This document shows positions 23,648 through 32,000 of a stretch of DNA of 32,000 nucleotides, one piece after another. The notes below the pieces were generated by a model. That model did not search any database. It saw only the letters and a program-made list of their open reading frames with translations, and was not told the origin of the DNA. Every line of letters begins with the position of its first letter. Position 1 is the stretch's first letter. Made by a program: the position numbers and the translations under genes. Source of the stretch: Copranaerobaculum intestinale (GTDB taxonomy: Bacteria > Bacillota_I > Bacilli_A > Erysipelotrichales > Erysipelotrichaceae); the NCBI RefSeq assembly GCF_009831105.1, contig NZ_WUUQ01000001.1, positions 240,001-272,000 on the forward strand, written 5' to 3'.

Positions 23648-24514
23648 TTATGAATTAGGTTGAATGCCAAAATAGACAAACAGCATTCGATCCTTACCAT
23701 TCATATCCTTCAATACCTCTGTACAAGCATCCGGGAAATACCTTTTCACTTCATTCAATAATGCTTCCCGCTGATTCCAACCCATCTCAAAAGCCATCAT
23801 TGATCTCGGCTTCAATACCTGTTTTGCCTTCTCAAACATGATGCGGTAATACTTCAAACCATCATCCCCGCCAAACAAAGCGACATGCGGTTCATGATCC
23901 TTTACACTGGCTTCCAAAATTTCTTCCTGGGGAATATACGGTGGATTGGAAATTAAAATATCCACCTTAAGATCCCGATCAATCAACGGCTCCAACATAT
24001 CACCGATACAGAAGCTGATTGAAACTTCGTTCAGTTCCGCATTCCGCGCTGCCACATCCACTGCTTTTTTACTGATATCGGTAGCCAGTACATGCAAAGA
24101 GGGCTCCTCTTTTTTTAACGAAATCGCGATTGCTCCACTGCCGGTTCCGATATCCGCCGCAATGATATTTCCATTCATTTTAAAGTAATCATCATAGGCT
24201 GATAAAATATTTGCTACTAGCTCTTCGGTTTCCGGACGAGGAATCAAAACATCCTCATTCACCAGAAAGCGATATCCGTAGAACCATTCATATCCGAGGA
24301 TATGGGCAAGGGGTTCATTTTCAGCCAGCCGTGCGATCCCTTCCTGAAACTGTTTGTTTAAGGCATCGGGAATTTCTTGGTCAAATTCCATATATAAATT
24401 GTGAGCTTCCATCTGCGCCAGCTCCAGCAGCAGCATAAATGCCGCTTGTTCACCGCACTCTGCGTTTTGCAGCTGTTTCTCTGCAGCCCGTAAGCTTTGC
24501 TTATAGCTGGCCAT
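23648..24514 (-). CDS. prmC: Release-factor glutamine N5-methyltransferase PrmC (HemK)
   Basis: 288 aa. SAM-binding DIGTGSGAI and catalytic NPPY (ISNPPYIP). 1-nt overlap with the prfA stop. Confidence 0.92.
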   Translation of the reverse strand: MASYKQSLRAAEKQLQNAECGEQAAFMLLLELAQMEAHNLYMEFDQEIPDALNKQFQEGIARLAENEPLAHILGYEWFYGYRFLVNEDVLIPRPETEELVANILSAYDDYFKMNGNIIAADIGTGSGAIAISLKKEEPSLHVLATDISKKAVDVAARNAELNEVSISFCIGDMLEPLIDRDLKVDILISNPPYIPQEEILEASVKDHEPHVALFGGDDGLKYYRIMFEKAKQVLKPRSMMAFEMGWNQREALLNEVKRYFPDACTEVLKDMNGKDRMLFVYFGIQPNS

Positions 24515-25587
24515 TACGCATTTCCTGCCAGTTTCGCCTGTTGGTCTGCGGTAATCAAAGCGTTGATCAAATCATCCATACGGCCTTCCATGATACGATC
24601 CAGTTGATTCACTGTATAGCCGATACGATGATCGGTTACTCGGTTTTGGGGGTAGTTGTACGTACGTATCTTCTCCGCACGGTCACCGGTTCCGATTTTA
24701 CTGCGCCGTTCTGCTCCGGCTGCTGCTTCGATCTGCCGCTGATGTTCCTCATAGACACGGGAACGAATCGTCAGCAACGCAGTAGCACGGTTTTCATGCT
24801 GTGAACGTCCATCCTGACACTTCACTACGATACCGGTCGGCTTATGCACAATACGAACCGCACTATCAGTTTTATTGATATGCTGTCCGCCGGCACCGCT
24901 GGCACGCATGGTTTCTATTTCCAGATCATTCATATCAATATCAAAATCATCCGCTTCAATTTCCGGAGATACCAGCACGGTTGCTGTTGATGTATGAATG
25001 CGTCCCTGTGATTCAGTCTTTGGTACCCGCTGTACGCGGTGAGAACCGGATTCAAATTTTAATTTACCATAGGCGCCATTTCCTTTCACCATAAAGGAAA
25101 CCAACGAGAAGCCTCCGGCTTCCGCTTCGGCCATTTCAATCGTTTCAATGCGCCAGCCTAAAGATTCTGCATACTTCACATACATACGGTACAGATCACC
25201 GGCAAAAATATTGCCTTCATCACCTCCGGCTGCACCGCGAATCTCCATGATAGCATTGTGCGTATCATTTGGATCCTTGGGGATCAGCAGTACCTCCAGC
25301 TTCTGAAGATAGCTTTCACACAGCGGTTCCAGCTCTTCCACTTCCATTTTTGCCATTTCACGAAGCTCTTTATCTTCTTCACCAAGCAGAGCCTTGGCTT
25401 CCTCCAGCGCATCGGCATTCTTTTTATATTCCTGATAGGTTTCAACGATTTGCGTCAAATCCGCCTGTTCCCTTCCCAGCTTTGCCAGCATCTTACTGTC
25501 TGAGACGATATCCGGCGACATCATCATATCGTTGATTTCATGGTAGCGGTTCACCATGCCTTCTAAACGTTCAATCATTACACTCAT
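24514..25587 (-). CDS. prfA: Peptide chain release factor 1
   Basis: 357 aa. GGQ motif (GAGGQHINKT) and an RF1-type recognition region RVQRVPKTESQGRIHTS. Confidence 0.95.
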   Translation of the reverse strand: MSVMIERLEGMVNRYHEINDMMMSPDIVSDSKMLAKLGREQADLTQIVETYQEYKKNADALEEAKALLGEEDKELREMAKMEVEELEPLCESYLQKLEVLLIPKDPNDTHNAIMEIRGAAGGDEGNIFAGDLYRMYVKYAESLGWRIETIEMAEAEAGGFSLVSFMVKGNGAYGKLKFESGSHRVQRVPKTESQGRIHTSTATVLVSPEIEADDFDIDMNDLEIETMRASGAGGQHINKTDSAVRIVHKPTGIVVKCQDGRSQHENRATALLTIRSRVYEEHQRQIEAAAGAERRSKIGTGDRAEKIRTYNYPQNRVTDHRIGYTVNQLDRIMEGRMDDLINALITADQQAKLAGNA

Positions 25588-25632
25588 ATCCTATACCTCC
25601 TTGTTGAATCGTTCCTTTACAGCATTTCATCG

Positions 25633-25713
25633 CTATAAATGAAACGCTCTGATATAGTATTTTCGGTTCATGTGCACATCATCATTTTGAACGATTTTCA
25701 CCATGCTATTCAT
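25633..25713 (-). CDS. Candidate 26-codon small ORF between tdk and prfA
   Basis: Too short for the ORF track. The minus strand reads TAA-AAGGAGGTG-TGCATC-ATG..., encoding MNSMVKIVQNDDVHMNRKYYIRAFHL then a stop. The SD is a perfect anti-SD complement at optimal spacing, immediately after the tdk stop. Confidence 0.35.
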   Translation of the reverse strand: MNSMVKIVQNDDVHMNRKYYIRAFHL

Positions 25714-25728
25714 GATGCACACCTCCTT

Positions 25729-26334
25729 TTATTTCAAATTATGCTTTACCAGCTGTGGTTTTCCTATTACTTCATGGCAGTGCCGACATCTGGCTTCATA
25801 TTTTTCGGCGGCTCCGACCATGATGATCGGATCATCATAGCTGGCAGGATGACCATTTACCAAGCGCTGCGTACGCGTTGCCGGCGCGCCGCATTTGGTA
25901 CAAACAGCTGTCAGCTTCGTAACAAATTCAGCCATGGTAAACAGACGCGGCATGATGCCAAACGGAACCCCGCGAAAATCCATATCCAAGCCTGCTACCA
26001 TTACGCGTTTTCCCTGATCAGCCAGATATTCACAAATATCTACAACCTCATCGTCAAAAAACTGAACCTCATCAATCGCGACGACTTCAACACTGTCATC
26101 CATATATTTAAAAATATCATGTGCTCTGCGAATCGCAAAGCTGTCAACCTTCGTTCCGGCATGTGATACTACCATCTGCTCATCATAACGATTATCGATT
26201 GCCGGTTTAAAAACAACAATTTTCTTTTTCGCATACTGCAGTACCTTGATGCGGCGGATCAATTCTTCCGTTTTACCGGCAAACATACAGCCCGATATCA
26301 CTTCGATCCATCCCTCTTTATAATGCTGATACAT
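25729..26334 (-). CDS. tdk: Thymidine kinase
   Basis: P-loop [11 protein letters not shown] and C-terminal Zn-ribbon cysteines (CTKCG...CRHC). Start set to ATG 26334 (GAGGAG SD 7 nt upstream). The tracked GTG start is the SD itself. Confidence 0.92.
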   Translation of the reverse strand: MYQHYKEGWIEVISGCMFAGKTEELIRRIKVLQYAKKKIVVFKPAIDNRYDEQMVVSHAGTKVDSFAIRRAHDIFKYMDDSVEVVAIDEVQFFDDEVVDICEYLADQGKRVMVAGLDMDFRGVPFGIMPRLFTMAEFVTKLTAVCTKCGAPATRTQRLVNGHPASYDDPIIMVGAAEKYEARCRHCHEVIGKPQLVKHNLK

Positions 26335-26367
26335 GATCATTCTCCTCACTTATCTTCACACGTAATG

Positions 26368-26376
26368 ATTATAGCA
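26368..26376 (-). promoter_or_regulatory. Extended -10 element (TGCTATAAT) upstream of tdk
   Basis: The minus strand reads TGCTATAAT between the rpmE terminator and the tdk SD. Confidence 0.4.
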
Positions 26377-26410
26377 TGAATAGGTGGTCTTTTTAAGTGT
26401 AAAGGGATGT

Positions 26411-26441
26411 AAAAACGGAGCTGATTGCCAGCTCCGTTTTT
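26411..26441 (-). terminator. Rho-independent terminator after rpmE
   Basis: ACGGAGCTG pairs with CAGCTCCGT (9 bp), with A- and T-runs on both sides. Confidence 0.75.
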
Positions 26442-26448
26442 CGTGTTT

Positions 26449-26652
26449 TTACTTAAGTCCGTATTTCTTGTTGAACTTCTCAATTCTACCCTGAGCAGCA
26501 GCGAAGCGCTGACGTCCAGTGAAGAATGGGTGGCAGTTTGAGCAAGTATCTACACGCAGTTCCTTAGATGTAGATCCAGTTTCAAATTCTGCACCGCAAG
26601 AAGTACATTTTACCATGATACGGTTGTATTCAGGATGAATGCCTTTTTTCAT
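26449..26652 (-). CDS. rpmE: 50S ribosomal protein L31 (Zn-binding type A)
   Basis: 67 aa. [10 protein letters not shown]-terminus and CxxC...CxxC cysteines ([15 protein letters not shown]). Confidence 0.95.
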   Translation of the reverse strand: MKKGIHPEYNRIMVKCTSCGAEFETGSTSKELRVDTCSNCHPFFTGRQRFAAAQGRIEKFNKKYGLK

Positions 26653-26717
26653 GATTTTACTCTCCTTCCGCCTTAGACCATTTTAATTCTCTGTCGATCT
26701 AAAGTAAGTGCTATACC

Positions 26718-26745
26718 ATTATAGCATAAGAAATGCAATATGCAA
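26718..26745 (-). promoter_or_regulatory. Sigma-A promoter of rpmE
   Basis: On the minus strand: TTGCAT (26740-26745), 16 nt, then the extended -10 TGCTATAAT (hexamer 26718-26723). Confidence 0.55.
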
Positions 26746-26753
26746 CTATTTTA

Positions 26754-27155
26754 TCACAGATTGTCGATAACTTCCGCTTCCTTATTGGAAGTGATTTTCA
26801 CATAGGTATCATCATCATGAAAATAGAAAATGATCTCACTGATTTGTCGCTTATCCGCATCAAATTTACAGCTGTATAAGGTAAATATTTCTTCATCGGT
26901 TTGTTGAATGATTTCCTCCCGTACCTCAAAGTAAGCGGCATCTTTGTCAAAGGCGGGCTTAGCTTTAGCGAGGTAGCGGTCAAGTCCAATCATACCGGCA
27001 AGATAACCGGTACGAGCATCTGCCAGCTTTGCGGAATTACGTGCTTCCTTAACATATCCCAACATGGAGGGAATTGCTATCGCGCTCAGGATTGCCAAAA
27101 TCAAAAGCACGACGATAATTTCAACAAGGGTAAATCCCTGATTACATTTGCGCAT
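26754..27155 (-). CDS. Prepilin-type N-terminal cleavage/methylation domain protein (orphan pilin/pseudopilin)
   Basis: 133 aa. The class III signal reads MRKCNQG/FTLVEIIVVLLILAILSAIAIP: Gly at -1, Phe at +1, Glu at +5, then a hydrophobic helix. Confidence 0.8.
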   Translation of the reverse strand: MRKCNQGFTLVEIIVVLLILAILSAIAIPSMLGYVKEARNSAKLADARTGYLAGMIGLDRYLAKAKPAFDKDAAYFEVREEIIQQTDEEIFTLYSCKFDADKRQISEIIFYFHDDDTYVKITSNKEAEVIDNL

Positions 27156-27170
27156 ATGAATTCTCTCCTT

Positions 27171-27194
27171 AAAAAAGCGAGCAGCCGGCCCGCT
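27171..27194 (-). terminator. Terminator-like hairpin after murA, abutting the pilin SD
   Basis: A 7-bp stem, AGCGGGC pairing with GCTCGCT (one G-U) on the minus RNA. It is followed by UUUUUU and then directly by AAGGAGAG. Confidence 0.5.
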
Positions 27195-28462
27195 TAGTCT
27201 TCCTTCTTTTCCCGCCAGATTTTCGCTCCTAACGCATTCAGCTTTCCATCGAGATTTTCATACCCGCGGTCGATATGATAAATTTCTGAAATTTCCGTGA
27301 TACCCTGAGCAATCAATCCGGCGATGACCAAACACGCGCCGCAGCGCAGATCGGTCGCAACCACCTGTGCACCATACAGCGGAGTTGGTCCTTTGATAAA
27401 CGAGCTCGGTATCATCACGTTGATATCCGCACCCATCTTATTCAGCTCATGACAGTGCTTAAATCGTTCCGTATAAATTGTCTCGGTCACAACGGTTTGT
27501 CCTTCCGCTTGGGTCATTAAAGCAGTCAGCGGCTGCTGAATATCAGTGGCAAATCCAGGATACGGCAAGGTTTTGATCTCCGTAGCGCGCAATGGGCCGT
27601 CATGATGACGAATCTTCACGTGATCTACACCGACTTCCATATCAATACCAATCTCATGAAGCTTAGACAGTAAGGATTCCAAATGCTGAGGAATGATGTT
27701 TTCAATCGTCATTTCCTCGGCCGCTGCCGCAGCCAGTACAATATAGGTAGCCGCTTCAATACGATCCGGAATGATCTCATGAAAACATCCGCTTAAATTA
27801 TCAACACCGTCAATCGTTATCACATTGGTACCGACACCGCGAATCTGTGCGCCCATCTTATTCAGCAGGGTTGCGACATCAATGATTTCCGGCTCCTTGG
27901 CCGCATTTTCAATAACCGTTCTGCCTTTGGCATAAACCGCAGCCATCATGATGTTGATCGTTGCTCCCACGCTGGAAATATCCAGGAAAATCTTCGTTCC
28001 GCGCAGCTCCTTTGCCTCAATCACATAGGCGCCATGTTCATTGCGCACCGTTGCTCCCAAGGCCTCAAAGCCTTTTAAATGAAGATCGATCGGACGAGGG
28101 CCTAAATAACACCCTCCCGGCATTTTCATTTCTACCCGGCCATACTTGCCAAGCAGTGCTCCCATAAAATAATAGGAAGCGCGCAGCTTTGATACATCCT
28201 CCTGTACCATCGGTTTATTTTCCATATGCGTAGGATCAATAATAATATGATCCTCAGCTTTAAAGACAACTTCCACACCAAGATCACGAAGCAGCACTGA
28301 AAGTGCCTGCACATCAGAAATATTAGGAACACCGCAGATTGTAACCGGTCCGTTCGCCAGAATCGAAGCCGGGATCAATGCTACTGTGGCATTTTTAGAA
28401 CCAGAAATACGCACGGTGCCATTCAATTTATGGCCACCCTCGATTTTAATAACTTCTTTCAT
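27194..28462 (-). CDS. murA: UDP-N-acetylglucosamine 1-carboxyvinyltransferase
   Basis: [26 protein letters not shown]-terminus and MurA-like sequence throughout, including the PGGCxLG active-site Cys loop. Start set to ATG 28462 (GGAGA SD). The tracked start 28591 adds an implausible 43-aa extension. Confidence 0.95.
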   Translation of the reverse strand: MKEVIKIEGGHKLNGTVRISGSKNATVALIPASILANGPVTICGVPNISDVQALSVLLRDLGVEVVFKAEDHIIIDPTHMENKPMVQEDVSKLRASYYFMGALLGKYGRVEMKMPGGCYLGPRPIDLHLKGFEALGATVRNEHGAYVIEAKELRGTKIFLDISSVGATINIMMAAVYAKGRTVIENAAKEPEIIDVATLLNKMGAQIRGVGTNVITIDGVDNLSGCFHEIIPDRIEAATYIVLAAAAAEEMTIENIIPQHLESLLSKLHEIGIDMEVGVDHVKIRHHDGPLRATEIKTLPYPGFATDIQQPLTALMTQAEGQTVVTETIYTERFKHCHELNKMGADINVMIPSSFIKGPTPLYGAQVVATDLRCGACLVIAGLIAQGITEISEIYHIDRGYENLDGKLNALGAKIWREKKED

Positions 28463-28732
28463 TCGGTTTCTCCTTTTTCGCATATACCTCACAGTGCTAC
28501 TATTATAAAGCATTTCATAGGGTTTATCCACCAAAAACTCGACTTGGCAGATATTTCTCTTACATGAGTTCAGAAGCAGCCCTGCCGGCAAAGCGATCTG
28601 TCAATTTCTCTATTCTATTATATTATAAATGTCCCGTTTTGTGTATTTTTTACAATCACATTTTATGAATGCTTTTTCCAGAATTATTAAATAATTTTTA
28701 TAGCTGGATTATTAGTAAAGTATCTTTTTTTT

Positions 28733-28741
28733 TGGTATAAT
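28733..28741 (+). promoter_or_regulatory. Extended -10 element (TGGTATAAT) for the DUF1846 gene
   Basis: TGGTATAAT lies about 12 nt upstream of the GAAGGAGG SD region. A T-rich tract precedes it. Confidence 0.45.
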
Positions 28742-28768
28742 AGAAAAAGGTGTGAAGGAGGCGGATGT

Positions 28769-30253
28769 ATGAAAAAAATTGCTTTTGATAATGATTTATA
28801 CTTAAAACAACAATCAAAGCATATACAGGAAAGAATCTCTAATTTCGGTGATAAGCTGTATTTGGAATTCGGTGGTAAATTATTCGATGACCACCATGCG
28901 GCACGCGTGCTGCCGGGATTTCAACCAGACAGTAAACTGAAAATGCTGTTGACATTGAAGGATCAGGTGGAAATTATCATCTGTATCAATGCCAGTGATA
29001 TTGAAAAAAATAAAGTTCGCAGTGACTTAGGCATCTCCTATGATGTTGAAGTCCTGCGTCTGATCGATGCCTTTCGGGGAATTGGTCTATATGTAGGCAG
29101 TGTTGTGATTACCCAGTACAACAATCAGGCTGCCGCTGATACATTTAAGAAAAATCTTGAAAACCTGGGCGTGAAGGTCGGACTTCACTATCCAATCAAC
29201 GGTTATCCGAACAATGTCTCCTTAATTGTGAGTGATGAAGGATATGGAAAAAATGATTATATGGAAACCAGCAAGCCGTTGGTCGTTGTAACCGGTCCGG
29301 GCCCGGGAAGCGGAAAGATGGCTACTTGCCTCTCCCAGCTATATCATGAACACAAGCGTGGTGTAAAAGCCGGATATGCGAAATTTGAAACCTTTCCGAT
29401 CTGGAATCTGCCGCTGAAGCATCCGGTCAATCTGGCCTATGAGGCGGCTACCGCAGATTTGAATGATATAAATATGATTGATCCGTTCCATTTAGAAGCC
29501 TATGGTGAAACGACTGTGAATTATAACCGCGACGTGGAAATCTTCCCGGTTCTGAATGAAACATTCCGACAAATTCTAGGGGAAAGTCCTTATAAATCAC
29601 CTACTGATATGGGTGTCAACATGGTCGGCAACTGCATCATTGATGATGAAGCTGCGATCGAAGCCAGCAAGGATGAAATCGTACGCCGTTATTATCAGGC
29701 TCGAGAGGATTTCAAAACCGGTGCTACGGATGAAACGACCATCGAGAAAATTGAACTGGTAATGTCCCAGGCAAATGTATCCCCGGATCGTCGTTCCTGT
29801 GTCAAGGCCGCTCTCACCAAGGCAGAAGATACCGACGCACCGGCGGTTGCGATCGAATTGGATGACGGCCGCATTATCACCGGCAAAACTTCATCGCTGC
29901 TCGGTGCCAGTGCTGCCGCGCTGCTGAATGCCCTGAAAGCTATCGGCAATATCAATGACGACCTGCCGCTGATCGCTCCAAGCATCATTGAGCCAATTCA
30001 GAAATTGAAAACCAACTCGCTGGGAAACAACAATCCCCGTTTACATACTGATGAAGTATTAATTGCCTTGTCTATTTCCGCGACAACCAATCCGCTTTCT
30101 CACTTCGCGCTCCAGCAGCTGCCAAAATTGAAAGGCTGTGAAGCTCATAGCACGGTCATTCTATCAGAAGTGGATCGCAATGTCTTTCGGAAGCTGAAAG
30201 TCAATTTGACCTGCGAGCCTTCCTATCAAACAAAAAAACTGTATCATAAGTAA
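28769..30253 (+). CDS. UPF0371 / DUF1846 family protein (conserved, function unknown)
   Basis: 494 aa. The N-terminus [18 protein letters not shown]...[22 protein letters not shown] is characteristic of the family as I recall it. Strong SD and a strong terminator. Confidence 0.8.
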   Translation: MKKIAFDNDLYLKQQSKHIQERISNFGDKLYLEFGGKLFDDHHAARVLPGFQPDSKLKMLLTLKDQVEIIICINASDIEKNKVRSDLGISYDVEVLRLIDAFRGIGLYVGSVVITQYNNQAAADTFKKNLENLGVKVGLHYPINGYPNNVSLIVSDEGYGKNDYMETSKPLVVVTGPGPGSGKMATCLSQLYHEHKRGVKAGYAKFETFPIWNLPLKHPVNLAYEAATADLNDINMIDPFHLEAYGETTVNYNRDVEIFPVLNETFRQILGESPYKSPTDMGVNMVGNCIIDDEAAIEASKDEIVRRYYQAREDFKTGATDETTIEKIELVMSQANVSPDRRSCVKAALTKAEDTDAPAVAIELDDGRIITGKTSSLLGASAAALLNALKAIGNINDDLPLIAPSIIEPIQKLKTNSLGNNNPRLHTDEVLIALSISATTNPLSHFALQQLPKLKGCEAHSTVILSEVDRNVFRKLKVNLTCEPSYQTKKLYHK

Positions 30254-30261
30254 ACGATATT

Positions 30262-30297
30262 AAAAAATCGAGATCTTAAAACGATCTCGATTTTTTA
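30262..30297 (+). terminator. Rho-independent terminator after the DUF1846 gene
   Basis: AATCGAGATC pairs with GATCTCGATT (10 bp), followed by TTTTTT. Confidence 0.8.
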
Positions 30298-30432
30298 TTG
30301 ATTCTTTCTGTATTATCAGCCTCATAACCAACCCCAATAGCATTTTCAGTAAATGCTTCAAAAATGGTTATCTTTTTACTTTTCAATAGCTTATTCTCTT
30401 TTTATGAACCGATTAATCAAAAGGGATGTATA

Positions 30433-30465
30433 TAAAAATCTGCGCAGTCTTCCAACTGTGCAGAT
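30433..30465 (-). terminator. Rho-independent terminator after purH
   Basis: ATCTGCACAG pairs with CTGCGCAGAT on the minus RNA (one mismatch), followed by UUUUU. Confidence 0.55.
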
Positions 30466-30473
30466 TAAATTTA

Positions 30474-32000
30474 TCAATGTTTAAAATGGCGAATGCCTGT
30501 ATATACCATTGCGATTCCATACTGATCACAGACATCAATGGAGTCCTGATCGTGAATACTTCCGCCTGGCTGAATAATCGCCGTAACACCGGCAGCGGCA
30601 GCAGCTTCGCAGGTATCCGGCATCGGGAAATATGCATCTGATCCCATTACCGATCCTTTGGCTTTTTCACCTGCCTGCTCAATCGCAATTTTCGCCGCGC
30701 CGACACGATTCATTTGACCGGCACCGACACCGACCGTCATATCATTACGAACCAGTACGATCGCATTGGATTTCACATGCTTCACCGCTTTCCAAGCAAA
30801 CAAGAGCTGTGCAATTTCTTCCTCAGTCGGCTTGCGTTTTGTTACACATGTAAGTTCTTCTCTGGTTACTTTCTTATCATCAACATCCTGCACCAATAAA
30901 CCGTCATTTACATTGGTTACCTTAAATTTTGTATGTACCGTTAATGTGGTATCCAATTCCAACAAACGAATATTCTTCTTCTTGGATAAGAGTTCAAACG
31001 CTTCCCGCTCATAGCCCGGGGCAATAACGATCTCTAAGAACATCTGTGACAGCTTTTCTGCGATCGGCATGGTTACCGCTTCATTGAAGGCTACGATCCC
31101 ACCGAAAATAGAAACCGGATCGGCCTCAAAGCATTTATTCCAAGCTTCTTCAATCGTCTTACCGATTCCAATACCGCATGGGTTCATGTGCTTCAGACCA
31201 ACCGCAGCCGGCTGACCTTCAAAATCTTTTAAAATTTCAATCGCCGCATTGCCATCCTGAATATTGTTATAGGACAATTCCTTACCGTGCAGCTGTTTGG
31301 CATTGGCAAGTGAATACTTCGGATCAAAATTTTTATAGAAGGCTGCGCTTTGATGCGGATTCTCACCATAGCGAAGATCCTGAACCTTTTCAAAAGTCAT
31401 CGTAAAGTTTTCCGGATATTTTTCACCGGTGCGTTCTGTCAGATACTGGGCAATAATGGTATCATACGCAGCTGTATGACGGAAAACCTTCGCAGCCAAA
31501 AATTCACGGGTAGACAAACTGGTATCACCCTTTTCACGCAGTTCCGTCAGAACCGATTCATAATCCTTCGGATCGACAATGACCGGAATAGACTGGTAAT
31601 TCTTAGACGCACTGCGCAGCATGCTCGGTCCGCCGATATCAATATTTTCGATAATTTCCTCATGGGTTACTCCATGCTTCATCAGCGTTTGTTTAAACGG
31701 ATATAAATTTACACAGACCAGATCGATATAATCAATGTTCAGATCCTGAAGCTGTTTGACATGCCCAGGATTGCTTCTCACACACAGCAATGCGCCGTGC
31801 ACACTAGGATGCAGCGTTTTTACACGACCGTCCATAATTTCCGGAAAACCGGTAATATCAGAAATACCGATGGTTTTGATGCCGGCTTCTTCTAAGGCTT
31901 TTTTCGTTCCGCCGGTAGAGATGATTTCATAACCCAATTCTACCAACCCGGAAACAAAAGGCACCAGACCGGTTTTGTCAGATACACTTACTAATGCTCG
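30474..32000 (-). CDS. purH: Bifunctional AICAR formyltransferase / IMP cyclohydrolase (partial; N-terminus beyond window end)
   Basis: The frame stays open past the tracked GTG at 31964 to the window edge. My translation there reads ..RALVSVSDKTGLVPFVSGL, the PurH MGS-like N-terminus. The C-terminus ends ...YTGIRHFKH. Confidence 0.92.
   Translation of the reverse strand, partial: RALVSVSDKTGLVPFVSGLVELGYEIISTGGTKKALEEAGIKTIGISDITGFPEIMDGRVKTLHPSVHGALLCVRSNPGHVKQLQDLNIDYIDLVCVNLYPFKQTLMKHGVTHEEIIENIDIGGPSMLRSASKNYQSIPVIVDPKDYESVLTELREKGDTSLSTREFLAAKVFRHTAAYDTIIAQYLTERTGEKYPENFTMTFEKVQDLRYGENPHQSAAFYKNFDPKYSLANAKQLHGKELSYNNIQDGNAAIEILKDFEGQPAAVGLKHMNPCGIGIGKTIEEAWNKCFEADPVSIFGGIVAFNEAVTMPIAEKLSQMFLEIVIAPGYEREAFELLSKKKNIRLLELDTTLTVHTKFKVTNVNDGLLVQDVDDKKVTREELTCVTKRKPTEEEIAQLLFAWKAVKHVKSNAIVLVRNDMTVGVGAGQMNRVGAAKIAIEQAGEKAKGSVMGSDAYFPMPDTCEAAAAAGVTAIIQPGGSIHDQDSIDVCDQYGIAMVYTGIRHFKH

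Noticed and set aside
24439-24804. 121-aa plus-strand ORF spanning the prmC/prfA junction
   Set aside because: It is antisense to two conserved genes and has no translation signals.
24514-25587. Programmed frameshift in the release factor gene
   Set aside because: The gene is RF1 (prfA), with a single uninterrupted frame. The +1 frameshift is a feature of prfB (RF2).
25639-26166. 175-aa plus-strand ORF
   Set aside because: It is antisense to tdk and the tdk-prfA spacer. It has no SD and no recognisable motifs. The tdk assignment on the other strand is secure.
28463-28591. N-terminal extensions in the tracked ORFs of murA (to 28591), mnmE (to 12765), nagB (from 13656), EIID (to 5836), MFS (to 18040), tdk (to 26349) and the rpoN-downstream ORF (to 22352)
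   Set aside because: Each has an internal start with a good SD at the position where homology to the family begins. The extensions have no SD, or they overlap upstream genes or SDs.
28564-28668. 34-codon plus-strand ORF in the murA/DUF1846 intergenic region
   Set aside because: It has no SD upstream. It lies in an AT-rich divergent promoter region, so a chance ORF is likely.
1-32000. CRISPR arrays, tRNA/rRNA genes, IS elements, integrases, and toxin-antitoxin or restriction/defence genes
   Set aside because: Reading all intergenic regions and ORF translations showed no direct-repeat arrays, T-loop/cloverleaf candidates, transposase or recombinase motifs, or recognisable defence domains.

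Overview
The window looks like low-GC Gram-positive (Bacillota) chromosome: AGGAGG-type ribosome-binding sites (SDs), extended -10 promoters (TGnTATAAT), a CIRCE operator and a LevR-type regulator. Coding density is high and most genes are on the minus strand. No rRNA, tRNA, CRISPR array, IS element or prophage was recognised.

Housekeeping genes: mnmE, a tatD-like hydrolase, murA, rpmE-tdk-prfA-prmC, rpoN, purH (partial) and a UPF0371/DUF1846 gene.

Accessory or regulatory modules:
1. A sigma-54/LevR-type controlled mannose-family PTS (EIIA-B-C-D) with a FrlB/GfrF-like SIS enzyme, behind a perfect -24/-12 promoter. A MATE / Ser46-less HPr / HAD trio and a second MATE gene follow directly.
2. 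A DeoR-controlled nagB-hxlA-hxlB operon ending in an orphan mannose-type EIIB.
3. An hsp20 gene whose consensus sigma-A promoter is embedded in a CIRCE operator.
4. Two paralogous DUF2087 proteins flanking a PAS-GGDEF-EAL gene. One is translationally coupled to an MFS transporter; the other is fused to a Zn-ribbon and a LuxR-type HTH.
5. A small Zn-ribbon membrane protein coupled to rpoN.
6. An untracked 26-codon sORF with a perfect SD between tdk and prfA.
7. An orphan prepilin gene between murA and rpmE.

I see no clear-cut defence, toxin or mobile system. The best candidates for undescribed biology are modules 1, 2 and 4. All functional assignments rest on motif recognition by eye, not on database searches.
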